64,000 nt of DNA from a virus. The notes beneath the pieces were generated by a model. The model saw only the letters and a program-made list of their open reading frames with translations, did not search any database and was not told the DNA's origin. The first letter of the stretch is position 1; the number at the start of each line of letters is the position of its first letter. The position numbers and the translations under genes were made by a program. Positions 60,009 through 64,000 of this stretch are shown here, piece after piece. Location: IMG/VR virus record IMGVR_UViG_3300028800_000074, positions 15,132 to 79,131 of that record. One strand, given 5' to 3'.

Positions 60009-61060
60009 GGCGTCACCTTGTGTCCCGTTCTCCCAAGCAGCCCGGCGTCGAGCGATCCGCGCAAGTGTGGGTGCCACCAGTAGACGCCGCTCGACCTCAC
60101 CTTGAAGTGTCCGCGCACGATGTGCCGCCTAATGTCGGCGTGCTCAGCTCTTCCGTCGGCCAAGGCCCGCTCGGCCGCCTGACTGACCTTGATCCGGACC
60201 TCGCTGTAATCGACAAGCGGTAGGTCGCCTCTCTTCATGCGAGCCCGGTTGAGCTTCTCGGGGGCCTTGACCTCTACGGTCTCAGCTCCGTTCTTCGCGT
60301 TCATCAAAATGAGGGAGCCGAGAACGATACCCATCTCGCTCTCGACGTCGGCCCGAAGAGACTCAGCCTGACCTGACGTCTTGACGCTATCAACAATCGA
60401 GGCTTCCACAAGATCGTTTATGAGAGCCTCGTCGACCACGTCGCCGTGGATCATGGTCCTGAGGTCGTCCATGGCTTTGTTGTCTTCTTCGCTGACATCG
60501 GGGTTATAGCCGTTGCCGCGCATAAGAATCGGGAAGCCTGTCTTCGGCCGTCGCCCTGCAACGGTGTCGACGCACGCTCTTGTCACCGATATGCCGAGAT
60601 GCGAAGCGTCCTGTAGACGACGCGGAATCTTGGAGATCATGTCTTCGCCGGTCTCATCGATCACCATCCTGCGATGCTGCGTCGGATTGAACTTCCAAGC
60701 CGTCATCACGGTGTAGGCCGAGCAATCGTCCTCGGTCGCCTCGATCAACATTCCGACGCTATCGGTCGCGATCTGGCCGGGTTTGACTTCACCGCCGTAG
60801 CGTCCATCCCTCTCGAACCAGCACGCCCCGAACGGCGGCCGAGCAAACGACAGCGCCGAGACAAGCGACGACGGCTTCGAACGCATCACCGAGACGCAGG
60901 TCTCCGCCACGTCGTTCGTGATGAAGAACTTCTGCGCGGACTTGATCCTCTTCGCCATCTCGACGATGTGCGACATGCCTCCGTTCTTCCCTTCCACCTT
61001 GAGCTGAGCGGCGGCCGAGATGAACGCGTCGGCGAGCGTGGCGCGGACGGGCTGGGTCAT
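60005..61060 (-). CDS. Conserved phage hypothetical protein
   Basis: RPPF...WFE; KLNRAR.KRG..PL; RRHIVRGHFK...WW.PH.RG. Confidence 0.8.
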   Translation of the reverse strand: MTQPVRATLADAFISAAAQLKVEGKNGGMSHIVEMAKRIKSAQKFFITNDVAETCVSVMRSKPSSLVSALSFARPPFGACWFERDGRYGGEVKPGQIATDSVGMLIEATEDDCSAYTVMTAWKFNPTQHRRMVIDETGEDMISKIPRRLQDASHLGISVTRACVDTVAGRRPKTGFPILMRGNGYNPDVSEEDNKAMDDLRTMIHGDVVDEALINDLVEASIVDSVKTSGQAESLRADVESEMGIVLGSLILMNAKNGAETVEVKAPEKLNRARMKRGDLPLVDYSEVRIKVSQAAERALADGRAEHADIRRHIVRGHFKVRSSGVYWWHPHLRGSLDAGLLGRTGHKVTP

Positions 61061-61338
61061 GACGCCCTGTAGATGCGTAGGCGGTGGTCGAGAGGGCAGC
61101 GCCAGTATCCTCCGCCGCCCTGCCTCCAAGCTGGCTCTCTGCATATCGGACACGGTCGGCGCTCAGCCGCGCGCTCTTGTTCGAGGCTGAGCTTGAGCTG
61201 CATCCTGAGATTGAAGCGGCCTCTCTTCTTGGCCCACGTCGCCGAGTCCCTCCAACAGCCTGAGCAGTAGAGGGACGCTCCGCCGCAGGGGTGAGACGAG
61301 CGCTCGGCCGGATCGCCGCATGAGAGGCACGGCGTCAT
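61057..61338 (-). CDS. Zn-finger hypothetical protein
   Basis: CLSC, CSGC, CPIC, C..H. Confidence 0.6.
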   Translation of the reverse strand: MTPCLSCGDPAERSSHPCGGASLYCSGCWRDSATWAKKRGRFNLRMQLKLSLEQERAAERRPCPICREPAWRQGGGGYWRCPLDHRLRIYRAS

Positions 61339-62519
61339 CGGTCCTTGATCGCCTCCGCCTGCCGCTCGCGCCAGCCGTTGGCGTATTCGTCGCGGAGCCA
61401 CTGCTGGTCAGGACCGGGGTAGAGCTTCGAGCCGTGGTTGACCGGAAGGTTGTTGAAGTAGCCGCGTCGACCCTGTTTCCTAGCCTCCGTCGCCAGAGCC
61501 ACCTTGTCGGACGGGTCGACCGCCCCTCCAATGGGCTCAGGAGCCTGCTGGCTGGATTCGGCCGTTTCTGGGGCTGAGGTAGCGGCCGGGTCGCTGGAGG
61601 CCTCTGGCTGGCCTTCCTTGGCCTTCTTCTTGCCCTTGCGAGTAGCGGGCGCGTCAGGTTGTGCGGCAGACGCGCCCGCCTCAGCCGGGCCTGCGGGGGT
61701 TGCCGACCCGGCCGGACTGATACCGTCGATAGTAGCAAGGGTTTCCTCGGCGTTGAACCCGGCGCGCTTGAGGGCTTCCGGCTTGAGCCGGGAGGATAGG
61801 CCGTCCGACGCCTCCTGCGCGAGCGCGGCAGACTCATATCGGTCGGTCCGGGTCCAGCCATGCTCCTCCATCTCGTCGGCCGAGTAGACGCCCATGAGAA
61901 CGTCGGGGAAATAGATGCGGGCGAAGTCTCGGCTCGTGTCGTAAAACAACTGGACGTCGGGCTTCGTGACCCAGAGGGGCGAGCCCTTGACCTTCACCGT
62001 CTCGCTGCCGTCATTGCCGACGACGATGCTGATCCGGAGAGCCTTCTTGCGTTCGCCAAGCGTCGGGCTACGGTGGGAGACGACGCGCCCCGGCGATCCG
62101 TCCCGGTTCCTGATCTGGCCGCTCACGATGCAGACGCGGCTGTCGCCCTCGCCCTCGTACTCGACGAGAAGGCGATCCATCAGCGGGGCTCGCGACTCGA
62201 TGATCGCGTGGACGAGCTGGCTCATTGCCGCGATCTGGACTTCTTTGCCGTCGCTGCTCGTCACGGCGTAGAGCTGACGCGCGACTTGGAACGGCGACAT
62301 GCGCCACTCCTTCGCCATCACGAAGACGGCGAGGCAAGCGCCCGGCTGCTCGCGCATGAACGGGGCGATCATCGGACCGGCGCGAGACATGACCTTGGCG
62401 ACCTCGATGGCCTCGGTCCAGTTCGCGTCGCCGATGCCTCCGCTCTTGTCGCTAATCGTGACGCCGCTGGCGTCGTGCTTCGGCGGGAGCAGCTCTGTGC
62501 CGGTCGTCTGGTCGGTCAT
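61335..62519 (-). CDS. RecT-like single-strand annealing protein
   Basis: P..CLA....A..W.M.P..VA; SPLW...P..QL.Y...R.FAR.YFPDV.MGVY..DE; follows RecE-like gene. Confidence 0.8.
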   Translation of the reverse strand: MTDQTTGTELLPPKHDASGVTISDKSGGIGDANWTEAIEVAKVMSRAGPMIAPFMREQPGACLAVFVMAKEWRMSPFQVARQLYAVTSSDGKEVQIAAMSQLVHAIIESRAPLMDRLLVEYEGEGDSRVCIVSGQIRNRDGSPGRVVSHRSPTLGERKKALRISIVVGNDGSETVKVKGSPLWVTKPDVQLFYDTSRDFARIYFPDVLMGVYSADEMEEHGWTRTDRYESAALAQEASDGLSSRLKPEALKRAGFNAEETLATIDGISPAGSATPAGPAEAGASAAQPDAPATRKGKKKAKEGQPEASSDPAATSAPETAESSQQAPEPIGGAVDPSDKVALATEARKQGRRGYFNNLPVNHGSKLYPGPDQQWLRDEYANGWRERQAEAIKDR

Positions 62520-62530
62520 TTTCCCTTCCC

Positions 62531-62866
62531 TCACACTTCAACGGCCGATGAGATCGGAGCACGGGGCCGGTGCGCTACCCCGAGCCTCAGCAATCGCTTA
62601 TCATCCATGACCCTGCCTGTCGGAGGCTTGGTCCTGTCTCGCTTTTCAGACCTCAACCTGTTGGCGATCAGCGACGCGGTAGGCTTCCTGCCTCTGTCAG
62701 CGACCTGCGCTGCGGCGGCCTTGTAGTCGACGGGGCCCGTCAGAGGCGCTACGGCTTTGACGACTGGCGCTACAGAAACGTCGACCCTGCACCCGCACGA
62801 TCCCCAGCCTACTGCGTTGCACTTTACGCACCTGAGTTGCAGGGAAATTGATGTCGCCATGTTCAC
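62531..62866 (-). CDS. Hypothetical protein
   Basis: CxxC...CxC; overlap-coupled. Confidence 0.55.
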   Translation of the reverse strand: MNMATSISLQLRCVKCNAVGWGSCGCRVDVSVAPVVKAVAPLTGPVDYKAAAAQVADRGRKPTASLIANRLRSEKRDRTKPPTGRVMDDKRLLRLGVAHRPRAPISSAVEV

Positions 62867-63801
62867 GTCAATAGCCTTTCTTCGATCTCTCGAACTCGGT
62901 CGCTGATCCTCAGCGTGCGCTCGGCGCTCTGCACTCCGCCCGGTCCGGGCCAGACGCCAGTGTTGAACGCCTTGACGAACCTATGCATGGCAACCTCGTT
63001 GAGTCGACGGCCTCGTTCGAGATCGTCGTCGTGCAGCCGGTAGAGGAACGGGCAGAACGGCCGGTCGCTCTCGATGAAGTAGAGGCTGAAGCTCGCCATG
63101 CGCTGACCGGTGATCGCGCGAAAGCCTTCCCCGACCATGGCTCCTTGTTGGTGGTAGCGGTACTCGGACACGGTGCGCTGGACGTCGAGCGCCGCGACCG
63201 ATGTTGTGGTCTTCAGGTCGACGACATCGGCGCTGTCGGTCGGGATTACGTCTGGGCGTGCGAGGCACCAGACGCCGGTCGCCTTGTCCTGCCACGCCAG
63301 CGTCAGTTCGATGACGCCGTTGAGCGCCCCGGCCTGAACCAGAGGTTGCTTCGCAAGCGACATCGCCATGCCGCGAACGCGCGCCATGCCGTCGCTCGTC
63401 AGGATGGTGAGGCCGCGATAGTGCTGGTCCTCGATCCATTTCTGGCACGAGTGCTTGTTGCCGTTCCACGGACCCATGGTGCCCTTGGCGTCGGGCCAGA
63501 CGTCGCCATCATGGCGCACCACGTACTCGCTGCTGAAGAGCGGCTCGCGCAAGAGAATGTGATGCGTAGCGCGGCCGAGGATCAGTGACTCGGTCTCCTT
63601 CTGGGCGTCCGGATCGTGCTTCGGGTTGAGCGGCCACTGATCCCAGAAGTGCGCCTCGCTCTTCGCGAGGATCGTGCGCAGCCCGCTCGAAGACACGGAC
63701 GGGCCGACGCATAGGTTTCCTGAGTGGTAGTCCTTGAGCGGAACGCCGGAGTAGAACCCCGGCTTCGAAATCTTCTTGCCGTCCCACTGGATGATGTTCA
63801 T
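62863..63801 (-). CDS. Exonuclease VIII/RecE-like PD-(D/E)xK nuclease (DUF3799)
   Basis: YH....SSSGL, LGRA.H..LL, C.ARPD, VDLKTT, Y.YH.Q.A. Confidence 0.88.
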   Translation of the reverse strand: MNIIQWDGKKISKPGFYSGVPLKDYHSGNLCVGPSVSSSGLRTILAKSEAHFWDQWPLNPKHDPDAQKETESLILGRATHHILLREPLFSSEYVVRHDGDVWPDAKGTMGPWNGNKHSCQKWIEDQHYRGLTILTSDGMARVRGMAMSLAKQPLVQAGALNGVIELTLAWQDKATGVWCLARPDVIPTDSADVVDLKTTTSVAALDVQRTVSEYRYHQQGAMVGEGFRAITGQRMASFSLYFIESDRPFCPFLYRLHDDDLERGRRLNEVAMHRFVKAFNTGVWPGPGGVQSAERTLRISDRVREIEERLLT

Positions 63802-63995
63802 TTCTTCGGCGGCTTCTTCAGGTTCGCTTCGCCAACCTCGCGGCCGACACCTAACGCGAGGATGAGCGGCCAGAACATCAGGAGGGAAACATAAACAAAG
63901 GCCTTTGCCGCCATACTGAACGATGACATCTTATGGTACTCGTGTATCACCCCGCAGAGGAAAACCCCCGCGAGGAAATAGAGCCCAATCGCCAA
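63798..63995 (-). CDS. Small membrane protein
   Basis: Two hydrophobic segments; overlap with the nuclease start. Confidence 0.55.
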   Translation of the reverse strand: MAIGLYFLAGVFLCGVIHEYHKMSSFSMAAKAFVYVSLLMFWPLILALGVGREVGEANLKKPPKK

Positions 63996-64000
63996 CTCAA

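Larger units (their letters stand above)
1..64000. mobile_element. Tailed phage/prophage genome segment (myovirus, Bcep781/PB1-like morphogenesis module)
   Basis: Complete ordered head-neck-tail-baseplate-fibre-lysis gene set on + strand, convergent early recombination genes on - strand, no host housekeeping genes. Confidence 0.97.

Noticed and set aside
1-64000. tRNA, rRNA, integrase or att sites
   Set aside because: None recognisable by eye; lifestyle (temperate versus lytic) cannot be settled from this window

Overview
The whole window is phage DNA: a GC-rich tailed phage or prophage with a contractile tail, with a Bcep781/PB1-like virion module and probably an alphaproteobacterial host. 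The + strand (1-55.5 kb) carries small early/middle genes, a NusG-family regulator, a promoter-leader-terminator unit, then a late operon: terminases, a DUF1073-type portal, MuF, about 20 small accessory genes, a DUF2213-type protease/scaffold, decoration protein, DUF2184-type capsid, neck, sheath, tube, a frameshifted tail chaperone, two tandem tape-measure paralogues, baseplate, fibres and lysis genes. The - strand (55.4-64 kb) carries early genes (RecE/RecT-like, MazG-like, HNH, DUF4031). No tRNA, rRNA, CRISPR array or integrase was seen. The most striking signal is a probable capsid-cargo polyprotein system. Head proteins carry many small-x-Asp motifs (AMD/AFD/ALD/AKD/GMD), the presumed prohead-protease sites. 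A conserved tag (D|x4-5-EPR-x3-7-G[EQ]W) sits just after such sites in front of four cargo domains: two fused to the portal (ParB-like and HhH-glycosylase-like), one fused to the protease, and one in a stand-alone protein. One low-complexity gene looks like a multi-peptide precursor. Secondary signals are a large set of exported Cys-paired proteins (including a GH76-like hydrolase and a beta-helix enzyme), a mobile ~70-aa beta module inserted in four virion proteins, and a 20-aa-repeat protein that may act as a ruler for a fibre. All family assignments come from motif recognition and gene order, not from database searches.
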